The position numbers and the translations under genes are program-made. Of a stretch of 34,986 nucleotides of DNA, positions 1 through 23,103 are shown one piece after another (within the stretch, counting starts at the first letter, position 1; every line of letters starts with the position of its first letter). Source of the DNA: Macrostomum lignano (Eukaryota); assembly GCA_002269645.1 (NCBI GenBank), contig NIVC01004792.1, forward strand, positions 1 through 34,986. The letters run 5' to 3'. The notes under the pieces were generated by a model. That model was not told where the DNA came from, made no database searches, and saw only the letters and a list, made by a program, of their open reading frames with translations.

Positions 1-1034
1 TTGCATAAGTAGTCCTCGAGACGCCCTGCAGATGTTAAATCGTTTTATTTATGACAGACTCTGATGTACTTTACGTAGCACTCGTAGATCAATAGGTATC
101 GTGAGAGCGCTGCAGGACTGGATGATCGGCCCATTCGAACTGCGGAACCGCACCCGTGCCGATATTTTCCAGCTCTCACCAGGAGCTTCGCTACCCTGTG
201 CCAAAGTACGAGAATCTTGACTCTTAAAAGGAGCTCACACAAAGTACTTGTTTGATGCCGGCGCAAATCCTCGATCTGTTTCAGCTTTGTCGACCTAATA
301 ACCAGTCTGTGCATCTTTGACAGGATGAACTGAAGTTGTGCACGATTCGGCCGAACAGATTCAGCTGCATGATTGAGAAATTACCAGCTATGGACTCAAT
401 TGACAGCTTCCAATGGTTTACCATGAATCAGCACAGCAGTTTGCAACGGCTTTACCACAGACAACTTCCTTAAGACAACTTAAGGAATCTTCAGTAGCCA
501 ATCGGTGCAACGGTGCTTCTCGGAGCAAAATTGCACCCCATATTGAAGGCAGACGATCAAATAGCTCCATTCATTCATGATGAATGAACTGACAGATTGG
601 AATTTTAGGAACAAGTTTTGGATTGGAACATTGGACCCACCCGCTTGACAAGCGAATTATATGAATTTTTTGTAAATTAGGTAATCGTTTTTTTAATTAA
701 ATAGACCTGCGGAGAACATACTGGCTGTCAAATACTTCAATAGATTCGAAATTCGACCAAGCTAAGCTACTGGACCTGAACGCTAGCAGCCTTTCGTGCG
801 TGCGTTCTCGTGCGCAAATCCCAAACGCCATCGTTTTAAAACAAAAATGCTAAAAATTGTCAACAACCAATGCAAAATTTCTGAATTGCAAAAGCACAGA
901 TTAGCGGAGAAAGAGCTGTTTATTTATAAATTATTGCAGCTGCCACCAGCAAGAGCAGGCGGCCAAAGTGCAGCGTGCGCGTCAGGGTGAACAGGAAATG
1001 CTCAAGTGTAAATGTTTGCGCTGGTGCGTGGCCT

Positions 1035-1217
1035 CAGACAGACAGACTGATAGACAGACAGACAGACAGACAGGCAGACAGACAGACAGATAGCCCTAAG
1101 ACAGACAGACAGATAGCCCTAAGACAGACAGACAGATAGCCCTAAGACAGACAGACAGATAGCCCTAAGACAGACAGACAGATAGACAGACAGACAGACA
1201 GACAGACACAGACACTA

Positions 1218-1254
<37 letters not shown>

Positions 1255-1257
1255 CTA

Positions 1258-1295
<38 letters not shown>

Positions 1296-1329
1296 TCAGA
1301 CAAGCAGACAGACAGACAGACAGACAGAC

Positions 1330-1372
<43 letters not shown>

Positions 1373-1451
1373 GTCAGACAGACAGACAGACAGACAAGCA
1401 GACAGACAGACAAGCAGACAGACAGACAAGCAGACAGACAGACAGACAGTC

Positions 1452-1484
<33 letters not shown>

Positions 1485-1505
1485 CAGACAGACAGACAGA
1501 CAGAC

Positions 1506-1580
<75 letters not shown>

Positions 1581-1634
1581 GACAGACAGACAGACAGACA
1601 GACAAGCAGACAGACAAGCAGACAGACAGACAGT

Positions 1635-1666
<32 letters not shown>

Positions 1667-1683
1667 CAGACAGACAGACAAGC

Positions 1684-1720
<37 letters not shown>

Positions 1721-1745
1721 CAGACAGACAGACAGACAGACAGAC

Positions 1746-1792
<47 letters not shown>

Positions 1793-1807
1793 CAGACAGA
1801 CACAGAC

Positions 1808-1842
<35 letters not shown>

Positions 1843-1941
1843 GTCAGACAGACAGACAGACAGACAAGCAGACAGACAGACAGACAGACAGACAGACAGT
1901 CAGACAGACAGACAGACAGACAAGCAGACAGACAGACAAGC

Positions 1942-2016
<75 letters not shown>

Positions 2017-2121
2017 CAGACAGACAGACAGACAGACAGACAAGCAGACAGACAGACAGACAGACAGACAAGCAGACAGACAGACAGACAGACAGACAAG
2101 CAGACAGACAGACAGACAGTC

Positions 2122-2164
<43 letters not shown>

Positions 2165-2195
2165 CAGACAGACAGACAGACAGTCAGACAGACAG
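1035..2195. repeat. Interrupted (CAGA)n/(GACA)n microsatellite, about 1.16 kb
   Basis: Continuous cagacagaca tract with recurrent interruptions (CAAG, GTCA, CACA, GACACTAA, GATAGCCCTAA). It accounts for the VCLS-repeat ORFs in the track. Confidence 0.98.
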
Positions 2196-2815
2196 TGACG
2201 CATCAAGGTCAACAGAAAATGCTTAAGCGTAAAAAGATACTCGTAGGCCCAGCTCGAGACAAGCAGCTGGCTGGAGACTCAGACGATTACGGAAAATGGA
2301 GCACCGCGGTCAAATGCATTTGTGGTGAAAACTAACCGCACCGTCATATGCTACTCATAGACTGCGGTATGCCTGGATCATGCTGCTCACAGAAGATATC
2401 AGCTATTCATCTATCAAATAGCTTGTCAGCATTGGATAGTGCTGATATACCAACTTGAATTTGACACTTGTATCACTCACTACCTGCATCAGATTGCACC
2501 CACGCATGCATACTACTAATACTAGTAGTAAAATTTGAATTGAAAAAACAGCAAATAAAAAATCGATTGAAATTTAATTGCGTATTGTGCAAATTTTGCA
2601 TACAATAAAAAATAAATCAGAGAGGAAACAAGATCAGAGTGCAAAGAATGCAAAATCATTTTTAATCCTATTTTGACAGCGCATGTACATTGTAGCATTG
2701 CAGACGCCAATCAGACTGCTTACAGAGCTGTAGCAGCCAGTAGTAGGATGTGAATACTGAATCGTACCGCATGTTCGTCAGTGGAAAGCAGAAACAATTG
2801 GAGCTGGTCAGCGGC

Positions 2816-13279
<10,464 letters not shown>

Positions 13280-13358
13280 TTTGGCAGGCGATTGAAGATG
13301 AGCAGCCCAGGTCTTGTCAGAGATGCCGCAGCATAAGGAGCAACTCGGAGCACCGCTG

Positions 13359-13619
13359 CAAGCTAATGGCGACTCAGCTAGTGCAAGCTAATGGCGACTC
13401 AGCTAGTGCAAGCTAATGGCGACTCAGCTAGTACAAGCTAATGGCAACTCTACCAATACAAGCTAATGGCAACTCTACCAATACAAGCTAATGGCAACTC
13501 TACCAATACAAGCTAATGGCAACTCTACCAATACAAGCTAATGGCAACTCTACCAATACAAGCTAATGGCAACTCTATCAATACAAGCTAATGGCAACTC
13601 TACCAATACAAGCTAATGG
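13359..13619. repeat. 25-bp minisatellite (CAAGCTAATGGCAACTCTACCAATA), about 10 copies, just upstream of POLQ
   Basis: Tandem copies forming two sub-arrays of variant units. Confidence 0.95.
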
Positions 13620-14036
13620 GCTGACACTTCACCCACTTTGGAAAGCTAAAAACTCCGGACTAAACGCAACCCTAAAAAAGCCAAGCAAAGACTGCAGCAA
13701 TTCTGAAATATTAATAAATAATTATATTTCAAAATACCGCAAAATTTAGCGCTGCAAAAGCAGAAAAGCACAACAAGCCATCAGAGCGACGTGTCTGCTA
13801 GTAAAAAAAAACTATCGAAGCAGACACGCAGCTTCTGACCTTCCGTTTGGAAAGAAAGCACCTCAGCCACCTGAATCTCAACGAAATATTAATAAATAAC
13901 CTTGGGGAAAAACAAAACAGAAAAAAAGAAAAAATAACAAATGCAAACAAGCTGAACATTGCAGAAACTGAAGCCCGAAAACAAAGTAAAACAAACGCTG
14001 GTCAAAAATCATGCTGTGCTGAGCTGGTTCAGACTC

Positions 14037-15716
14037 TCAAAAACGACGACCGCTGTCTTTGCGATGCTTGGCCTGGAGGTCCCGGACAGCCGCGGCTTTG
14101 CGGCCGGAGCCTCCTGGACCCGCCTGCTGCTGTCCGCGCCCACGCCGACCCTGGCCGCTCGGTCTCGGATTGCGGCGAGCGCGGCTCGGGCCGGCAGCCC
14201 CCTGCTCCCGATGACCGCGGCCGGCCGTGGCTGGAAGACCCCGGCCCAACGTCTTCAGAGCACGAATATGGGCGCCCTTAGCCTTCAGCTCGTCATAGCG
14301 ATCCAGTTGAGCATGCTTTTTATTGCGACGATCGACCGAAAACAGTCCACGCTTGCGCTGGCTCTTCGGAGGACGCTTCTTAAGACCACGACGGCCCAAC
14401 AATGAGTTCTGCCCACGCTCGTGGCGCTTTGTCAAACCAAGCTCACGCTCGAGCTCAAGGCCTGGCGAACGACGGTTACGGCTAGTCATCGGCTCAAGCC
14501 GCTCGAGCTCAAGGCGGTCGGACGGACGACGGTCTCTGCTAGTCATTGGCTCAAGCCGCTCGAGCTCAAGGCGGTCGGACGGACGACGGTCTCTGCTAGT
14601 CATTGGCTCAAGCCGCTCAAGCTCTAGGAGGCCTGGGAAACGATGGTTACGGCTCGTCATCGGCTCAAAAGTAGGATTGCGCCAGTTCATCGCAAGTGGC
14701 TCCTGCTCACTACGGTCCCGGTGCCTAGTTGCACCGGGTGCGCGCTCATAACGCCCTATCGCTCCAAGTCCTTGCTCTCGGTGACCTACAGCGCCGAGTC
14801 CATGCTCACGGTGACCTAGAGTACCAAATCCATGCTCTCGGTGACCTATAGCGCCGAGTCCATGCTCACGGTGACCTATAGCGCCGAGTCCATGCTCACG
14901 GTGACCCACAGCGCCGAGTCCATGCTCACGGTGACCCACAGCGCCGAGTCCATGCTCACGGTGACCCACAGCGCCGAGTCCATGCTCACGGTGACCCACA
15001 GCGCCGAGTCCATGCTCACGGTGACCCACAGCGCCGAGTCCATGCTCACGGTGACCTACAGCGCCGAGACCATGCTCACGGTGACCCACAGCGCCGAGTC
15101 CATGCTCACGGTGACCCACAGCGCCGAGTCCATGCTCACGGTGACCCACAGCGCCGAGTCCATGCTCACGGTGACCCACAGCGCCGAGTCCATGCTCACG
15201 GTGACCTATAGCGCCGAGTCCATGCTCACGGTGACCCACAGCGCCGAGTCCATGCTCACGGTGACCCACAGCGCCGAGTCCACGCTCTCGGTGACCTAGA
15301 GTACCAAATGCACGCTGACGGTCTCCCATTGCACCGAACCGATAGTTGTTGCGGCGTTGCGCCATAGCAGCAAAATCTGGCCCATAAACAGCCCGATTCA
15401 AAGGCTTATCAACCCAGTCAAGACTGCGAATGATGCCGGTCAACTTTTTCTTGTCTAATATACTTTCCTTGTCTCTGCGAGCGAGCATTCTATCGACAGC
15501 TGACAGCGTCATGCTTTCGTTGAGGCTGCTATCGCTTGACTCGAGGCCGCTCTCGCAGTCACGGCTTATCAGGCTGTCACTGAGCAGTGTTTCCTGGCCC
15601 CGACTGGCAGATGAGGCCACGCCAGACTCCGAGTAGCCGCCAAAAAGGCGAGGCGAGAGATGGCGGTAGCGGGCTAACGGACTGCGCTGGCGATGCATCG
15701 CGTGAGCGGGAAGCAT
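14037..15716 (-). CDS. Intronless orphan protein (about 559 aa from the first ATG): Ser-rich N-terminus, His/Gly decamer repeats, 19-aa repeats, basic C-terminus
   Basis: Long ORF with non-repetitive flanks. Most variants among the core repeat units are synonymous or conservative in this frame (GTG/GTA/ATA, GGA/GGT). The track starts at GTG 15752; the first ATG is at 15716. Confidence 0.7.
   Translation of the reverse strand: MLPAHAMHRQRSPLARYRHLSPRLFGGYSESGVASSASRGQETLLSDSLISRDCESGLESSDSSLNESMTLSAVDRMLARRDKESILDKKKLTGIIRSLDWVDKPLNRAVYGPDFAAMAQRRNNYRFGAMGDRQRAFGTLGHRERGLGAVGHREHGLGAVGHREHGLGAIGHREHGLGAVGHREHGLGAVGHREHGLGAVGHREHGLGAVGHREHGLGAVGHREHGLGAVGHREHGLGAVGHREHGLGAVGHREHGLGAVGHREHGLGAVGHREHGLGAIGHREHGLGAIGHREHGFGTLGHREHGLGAVGHREQGLGAIGRYERAPGATRHRDRSEQEPLAMNWRNPTFEPMTSRNHRFPGLLELERLEPMTSRDRRPSDRLELERLEPMTSRDRRPSDRLELERLEPMTSRNRRSPGLELERELGLTKRHERGQNSLLGRRGLKKRPPKSQRKRGLFSVDRRNKKHAQLDRYDELKAKGAHIRALKTLGRGLPATAGRGHREQGAAGPSRARRNPRPSGQGRRGRGQQQAGPGGSGRKAAAVRDLQAKHRKDSGRRF
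14440..14680 (-). repeat. Coding 57-bp repeat (EPMTSRDRRPSDRLELERL), about 4 copies
   Basis: Visible in both DNA and translation. Confidence 0.88.
14761..15330 (-). repeat. Coding 30-bp repeat (GAVGHREHGL), about 19 copies
   Basis: Exact 30-nt periodicity with a near-identical core and degenerate edges. Confidence 0.96.
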
Positions 15717-16304
15717 GAAAAAATTGATGAGCTCTCTGTAATACAACTCCACGTTTAATCAACGCCAACTATAAAACCCTGATCCCGCACACAAGCTTGG
15801 GATTTACAATGCACACAAAAGCCTCTAAAACTACCGACCTTACACAAGCTAGAATTAAAAAATAACTGAACACGAAAGACTGCCGCGATTTTCACAAGCT
15901 CGCAGATGTACAAATGCAGCTGCGCCACGGGCGAGCTCAAACTCGCGCGGGAATCCCGCGGCGCACTCGCAAATTGATCTGTTCTTCTTCAAGGGTCTCT
16001 TTTTTGAGTCAGCTTTCTTCTCTGCCAAAGACCAACAATTTGGTATTTATTTATTTGCAAATACAGCGCAACACAATGACAAGCAACTGCACAGAGTAAT
16101 AAATCATTTTAGCTAGCAAGGTGGCCAAGCCCTTTAAAGCAATTTTCAAATTTAAAACCACCTTTACTACTTTCGAGTAGTTCCCTTCACCCAGGCCACC
16201 CCGCTGCCAGTGCAGGGCCATCGCAGTACCGTACACAGTTGACAACAATTGGAAATGCCAGGCCGCCCATAAAAACCCGGAGACGCGGGGCTCCCCCCCC
16301 CCGC

Positions 16305-18036
16305 TCAAGCCTCCTCGTCATCATCGACTTCCTCGTCACCGCTCGCCATTTCCGCGTCGTCGTCACTGCTGCCGCCATCGTCGGGATCGTCGTCAAGCAG
16401 CTCGGGCACAAAGTAGGACAGGCCGTCGTCCAGCACGGTGGAGGTCAGGCGCACCCTGCCGGGGGCTTCGGCGGCGGCCTTGGCCGCAGTCTCGCTGAGA
16501 AGGTCGTCGGTAAGCCGGCCGCCGGCCGCCTTGTCCCAGCAGGCGACGGGCCGCACCCGGAACTCGGCCATCTGGTACTGGCACAGCTTCAGCACCTCGC
16601 ACTGCTCCGGGGTGAGGCGGCGACCCCGCCGGCAGACCAGATGCGGCCGCTCCAGGTGGATGACACCTTTGACCAGGCGCACAGGCAGGCCCAGCTTCCG
16701 CAGCGCGGGCTCCATCGAGTGCTGCCACTGCGGGCAGGCGCCGGGCATCAGTTCAACGCTGTTCACCGCGGCAAAGCCGGACCTGGCGAAGTCGGCGTCG
16801 GTGAGGCCGGCCAGGAGCTCCGACACTGCGGCCAGGCTCCGGTTGGTGAACAGCAGGGCCTTCTGGTTGCGCAGCAGGCGGCTCAGCCGGTGCAGATTCG
16901 GCTGCAGCTCGTCCCCGGGCGTCAGGCCCAGCGCCTTGGCGATGAGGCGGTTCTTGCCTAGCAACAGCTTGCTGTCCTTCAGCTCGGCTCGCAGCATCTG
17001 AGGGGCGAATTCGGGGTGCAAATTTTGAGACGGATATTCCAGCGCGGTGAAAACCCTACATAGGCACTAAGCAGGTGAAATAGGAAAGTGACTTTAAACG
17101 ACTTTAAAACGACGCCGATGAAACGACGCTCAAGAGAGTCACTCTGAAGCGTCTTATTGTCTGCGACTCGTTTGCGTACGACGCATTTGCGTCGCTTGAT
17201 GAATTCGAGTCGCATCACTAGCGAAAGTTGAGCGCCAACCACAGATACTAGAAGAATAACAAGATGTGCCAGTCAAGCATATACACTTAGTAAAACAGCT
17301 TTCTATTTTCAGTTCAGTAGCAAAGAAGAATACATAAGCTATTTTATAAAAAAACAAAGCCAGCTGAAATGACTTCGATAAGCTTAGAAGCCCAAGCTTG
17401 CAGGCGTAAACAGTTAATTGGCTCAGCAATAATGTACATTAGCCAGTCCACTGAAATGTACATAGCAGCTTTAGGCTGGAATTCCAAGAAAGGCAATAAA
17501 AATTGGGTCCGGGCTGGGGGTGTGGAAAGGCGCGGTTGGAGGGTTAAAGCCGGGGGTAAAAGCCAATAAATGAGCATTGCCTTTAAAAATAAATAAAAAT
17601 GCTTCAGTTGAACCTACTACTGAGCAAAAAGTAGCTTGCACGCAAATGTGCTGAGCGGCCCCTCTAGTTATTCTAGTATCTTTGGCGACAACACAACGAT
17701 TCTTGGACAAGTCTTTTGCGACTTTTTTACGATTCTACAACTCACGTGACGCGCTTGTGACGCAACAGTCGCCTCTCCGTCGCATTAGACGCGTTTGAGT
17801 AGTCTGAAAAAAGTCACAAGAGTCGCCCCAGGGTCGCTAGTGCAACAATAGCCAAGACACCCGATTCTCACCTGCAGCTTGGAGCTGCGCATGTTGTCAA
17901 TGCACAGCACCAGAATCCTATCGTAGGAGTTCACCAGATCCCTGACGCGCTCCATCAGCTGGGATTTGACATCCTGACTGCGCCGCTTCTTGGTCTTGGT
18001 GAGCGGCACTGGCCGGTCTCGCTTCGACTTGGGCAT
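16305..18036 (-). CDS. MRTO4: mRNA turnover protein 4 / ribosome assembly factor Mrt4 (P0-like); 2 exons (18036-17872, 16997-16305), about 285 aa
   Basis: MPKSKRDRPVPLTKTKK N-terminus, NMRSSKL, LGKNRLIAKALG, ALLFTN, DFARSG, HSMEPALRKLGLP, GRRLTPEQCEVLKL and an acidic tail. Junction CAG|GTGAGA ... cctcag|ATG is phase 0. Confidence 0.95.
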
Positions 18037-19953
18037 TTGAGGCGCTCAGCTGCGGGTCATCAGAGCCAAGGACTTTTATTCACTTAGATTGTTGAATTCC
18101 ACTGTCACTAATCCAGACAAAAATGTATTGAATAGATACCCCTGGCCAATCCATCATATTCTATACAATAAGAGTAGGGCACAAGATGGAGGCTCACAAG
18201 CCACAGCTTCCAATGGAGTCCATAAGGAGCTGAGCTCAACAATTGACTGCCTACAATTGGATGGCAGTTATGTCTGGCAGTGAAATGTCTTGTACCCAAT
18301 TACATGACCCCCTGAGGAACAGCCAGCCATATGGTTAATGAAATTTTAATGTGTCATTAAAAAAATAAACAAAACAAAACAACAAAGTGATAAAAAACAA
18401 AATACAACTTAGGCTTTGAATCAAATCACCTAATCATAAAAATTGTTTAGTTGACTAGAACAAATAATTATTTATGAATTACCCATTCTTAATATCATTT
18501 TGCCTTAAGTGTATAATGTGTAGTTTGTGTATACAATTAAGAAAATTCTGTTTATTTACACAAAAGTCAAGATGCATTAACCATTGTCAAGCTACAACTA
18601 TAATATAAGTCGAGTGTTGTGCTTAGGGCCGGATTTCAACTCTAGGTATCTCAGTGGACGAGCCCAAAGATGGCATCAGTTAACTGGGCAGACTGACTTC
18701 GGACTCTGAGCATGGGATCGCATTAGGAGACTTGATCCGCCTGTCCCTATGACACAAATTAAGCCCAGCCAGCCCCTCAAATGAGAAAGACATGTGACTC
18801 ACTCTCTTATCTTCATGTAGCAGTGCAGGTGGCAGCAGGGGCAGCTTCTCTCAACTTCTGGCAAAAGTTCTGAGTAAAGACTGGCTTCTGAGTAAGTTCA
18901 GTTTTGGTTGTAGAAGAGCTTGTAGCTGTGTCTGGATCAACACAAAAGAGTGGCCTCCTCTACCGCCACTCCTGCATACTTTTATATTTACACTACCTGG
19001 TTAAGCCCTGGGATATTGCTACCCCAGGCCCAGCTAGCTAAAATTACAAGTCTTAAAAGTTACAAAGTGTGCCAGGGTCACAATTGGAGGAGGGAGAGTA
19101 CACAAACTGATTGGCTGGACTGCCAGCCAATTATAAGGCAAGCGAGGGGGTGCACTGGGGTGCAGCCAGCCAAAGCCGGCTGGCCCATATAGACAGTGGG
19201 GTGGGTGCAGCTGGATGAGTTAGACGCAGGCAAAGCAGGGAGTTTATGCAGACAGAATAGGGGGTTGATGCCAGTGTTATGCCAACCATTATCCTAGGCA
19301 GAAAAGTATTTGGCTGAATAATTTTGGATGCATTATTTTATTTGGGCCCAGTCATACCAAGCGCACTCCTAGGCTGATTTCTTTCTGGGGTTTATGAGAT
19401 TAAAGACCTATCCATAATCACAGTTTAAGTAATGATCTGATATCATCTAAATGAATACTGCCAAATTTTTTATAGCCGCGCATTCTTGTCCGCAAGTCTG
19501 TTAACAAAATTTCAAAGTTCTCTGACTTTCGGTACATCTAAATCTAGACAGTACCAGTATATGTACAATTGTACATTTTGTTATGCAAAACTTAACTATA
19601 AATAACTGCAAGTTTAAACATATCAACTACACTGAAGAGACATAAGCATGTCTGCTGCATATTTGGATATAAAACTTTACTTGCTTAGTGGCACATACAA
19701 ACGACATACTTGCATCTTTGACAACAACCAAGGAGAAGAACAACTTCAACAGCAAGGTTTGACAAAAGGAGCACAACTTTAGGTACGAGGCCCAGTAGCT
19801 GTTCCATGATGTCAGAAGAAGCGCCATCAGTCAACAGAGCATCGCCTGCAGGTGGAGGATCAAAGAGATCTGTCAACTGATCTAAGAAGATCATACCTCT
19901 GCGACTGGAGAAGCTCATCAGGGGATTAAGTCCATCCCATCAAAGCTGCAGGG

Positions 19954-20247
19954 GTGATTTCACTGGGATGGCAGGACAAAATTTGTGCAAGCTTACACTT
20001 GTATGTTCAGAAGTATGCCTCTGCCAGCAGCCTCAGCCTTAGAGTTGGTGACAAGGTGCTGCTGCGGAACTTTGTCCATGACAATTGGAAATGCGACGAA
20101 CTGAAGACACTGTGGTGTACCAAGATATACATGGTTGAAGGTGTTGTCCTAAGCAACAACCTATATGGACTCAAGAGGGAAGTGCACAGCGATCAATGGC
20201 CACCACCTGAAGAAATACCACAAATAGGTGATTTCAATAATTTCTAA
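19954..20247 (+). mobile_element. Degenerate Ty3/Gypsy-like integrase C-terminal remnant
   Basis: LRVGDKVLLRN...K...W...Y.V..V...LY.LKRE resembles the integrase C-terminal segment of Gypsy pol. No RT, RNase H or LTRs were recognised. Confidence 0.5.
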
Positions 20248-22414
20248 TATTTTAAGAGTAATTTTAGGCTCTTATAGAATAATATTAAAGTTCAAGTTCA
20301 AATTGGCGTCATCTAAAGTACTTGGTATGAACTAGAGACTAAAAAAGGTTTCTAACTTGACTAACTAAAAACTTTGTGATTTAGAGCAATATAAACTTAA
20401 TGGAAGATCTAGAAAATAGGACTTAAATGATTGATAATTTGATAATTTGATAATTCAATTATCAATTAATTGCAAACAATTGATTGCAAGTTTGATAATT
20501 CAACATATGCTCAAAATTTATTTGCGTATCTTTAAATGTGCAGGATTTATCTCAAGGACAGGCTAAATTAGTTATTTGCAGTTAATTTACTTTTCATATC
20601 AAGTCTTATAAAGTGCATTAATTAATTTTATGTATGACGAGTACAATTCATTCAGTTCTGAATTGTTGTCTTTTTGTTGAAAAGTACTTTGCAGTAATGA
20701 TTTATTGTCTACTTGCAATGTTGTTGGAATATTTTAGGATGAATAAAATAAGGCATAAGATACTCATAGTTTCTGCTCAGTGAGTGAGAGAATTCAAGAT
20801 AACCAAATGAGTTTAGATAATTGAAAAGTATTTGGCCAAATACATTTGTTGTCTTTTTTCATTCAGCCTTCGCCAAATTTGTCCATGTTGAATTTCTGTC
20901 GCCGAATTTGCATGCATCCATTAACTATTATGATTATTTCAATAAAATATATGCAAAAATAGTTCCAATGATTATAATTTAACAGGTTCAACATCCAAAA
21001 TGTGCAGGTTTCAATAGCTTGTTATCTTATAATGATGGTATTGCTTTAAAAATTTGAAACTATATTAAATTGATACTTTCTTTCTTTTTACTAAAGGCTA
21101 CCCACTAGTTTTATAATCAAATACATTTGATACATTTTGATACATTTGATTAAAACATTTGATGTGATACCCTAAATTATGTCAGAAGTACAACCACAAT
21201 GTACAATTTTTATTAGAAAAAGATAGTGGCTATCCTAAAGTGAATTCTATAAATATAAAATTAAAAATAATATGTAGGCCTATGTTCATATAAAGTTTTG
21301 TCTATATCAAAAAATCTATAAAATCTACAATATAAAAGCTGTTGCCAGATCATCTGTTTCTAATTTGACTGCCACTGGATCATCTGTCACTAAATTGTCA
21401 AGTCACCAGATTGACTAGAAGCCAATCTTTATTAGGCCTATATAATGACATTGTATATAATATATAATCACCTAATATAGTATCCAAGGCAAAAAAAGAA
21501 ATGAATTGTAGACATAAGACATAGACATGGCAATGAGAAGTAGTAGGTAGGCCCTAGGTATGAGTTATGAAAAAATTTAATATTAATATAAATTTATAAT
21601 TATATAGGCCTATTATTTTTTGGTAGTAGGCCTAGGAGTCTAGGACAAAATGATAAAGCTTTAATCAATTTTCTTTAAGTTCAAGACAACTATTATGAAA
21701 TGGTTTAAATTATGCCTAAAAATACCAAGTAGGCCTATATTTAGTATAAGCTTAGTTAAGCCAACCAAAGTTTTATTGAAAAAATATATACATAACACAT
21801 TGTACCCGTACAATTGATTGCTCAGTTCAACTAGTTCAATTTTCAGTGCTTTTTAATTTTTCGTACCAATCTGGGTCTTAGACTCAGAATTAGTTAGTTC
21901 TGGTGTTGACTGGGTTTTCAACATCTGGACTGGACTGGTTTGACTGGATTTGACTGAATGGTGTCAGTGTGTCGTGTCGTGTCACGTGCGTCAAGAAATT
22001 GACATCCATTTTTATACTAATTCAAAATAAAGTAAGTTTCTCTGAATTTTGACGTTTAATTGCAGTTATTAAAACACTGGATTTACATGTAAAATTTAAC
22101 AAACATCTCAAGACAGTATTAGCAAATACAGTTGATTAAGTGTCTTTTTACGATAAGCATCGATGCGTAAGCAGAGTATACTTTATTAATTAATATACTC
22201 AACTTCTAAGCGTAGCAAGGTCCAAAGAAATCTTTTTTAAATATTGCTTTGTATAGCTTTTCTAGACGGTTTTTCTCCACTCATTTTATCTACGGCGCTT
22301 GTACTTGTACGTCAAATTTATTGTAAAATTCTATAATGCTTCAATATTTACAAAAACTAAGCAAAATCTGAACTATTATTGATCACTTTCACAAGGACTT
22401 CTAGACTAGACTAA

Positions 22415-22529
22415 GGGGTCGTACTATAAAGCTATAAAGCGTAAGTTGTATCGTACGTCGGAACTTTTACACTGCGGAGATAGGGGCTAAGAACGATCTT
22501 ATCTTACGATGGCTTTATAGAATGGGGCC
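22415..22529. mobile_element. Putative PIF/Harbinger (Tourist-like) MITE, 115 bp
   Basis: TAA on both flanks (22412-14, 22530-32), GG...CC termini, imperfect TIRs sharing CTATAAAGC (13/18 identical), plus an inner inverted CGTAAG/CTTACG. Confidence 0.5.
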
Positions 22530-23103
22530 TAAGTCTGGAAGTCCTTGCACTTTCATTTGGCGAACACAACAGCTAGTATAATTTGCATTTTGCCGGGGAC
22601 TTCAAGTGTAGATTAGTCACTCATTGTCAGCCAATCATGTATGTCAGCGTTACCTAGCTAACTTTAATTGGCCCTGTTTTGGAGTGGGGTGGTGGGGCAG
22701 AGGATTGGCAGTGGGTGCAGCAGGGTTGGTATAGCTGTGGGTGGCTCTTTATACCCGAGTTTTTTGTTTGCAGGCTTGTACTTCGCTCTCTCGTTCATCT
22801 AATTTTTTTTGCCTTTGTCTCTATCTACACTGTACCGGAATAATTCTTTTTTAATCAGATCTAACGTTATTCCTAGATAAATTCATAATGCATGCAAGTT
22901 GATATCTTTATTATCTTTCCATACATGTATATATTCTTTAGAAATATTTCATTACAGCTGCTTATAAACGTTACAAAACGCTTCTTCTGTCTTCAAAATA
23001 CTTTTTGCATCAATTGATGTATTGGGGGGGAATAGCTAATGTAAAATTTACACACAGCAGGGAATGATGCTGAGAGGGACTGTATTCAAAGATACATGTA
23101 ACA

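Noticed and set aside
45-314. 89-aa ORF and neighbouring short ORFs
   Set aside because: No recognisable motif, splice context or coding bias.
466-487. 9-bp hairpin TTCCTTAAG-acaa-CTTAAGGAA
   Set aside because: It is short, isolated and compatible with chance.
1142-2163. Long VCLS-repeat ORFs
   Set aside because: These are translations of the stop-free strand of a tetranucleotide microsatellite.
14832-15299. Antisense ORF of MLTVTHSAES repeats
   Set aside because: It is confined to the repeat, and the unit variants are non-synonymous in this frame but mostly synonymous or conservative on the minus strand.
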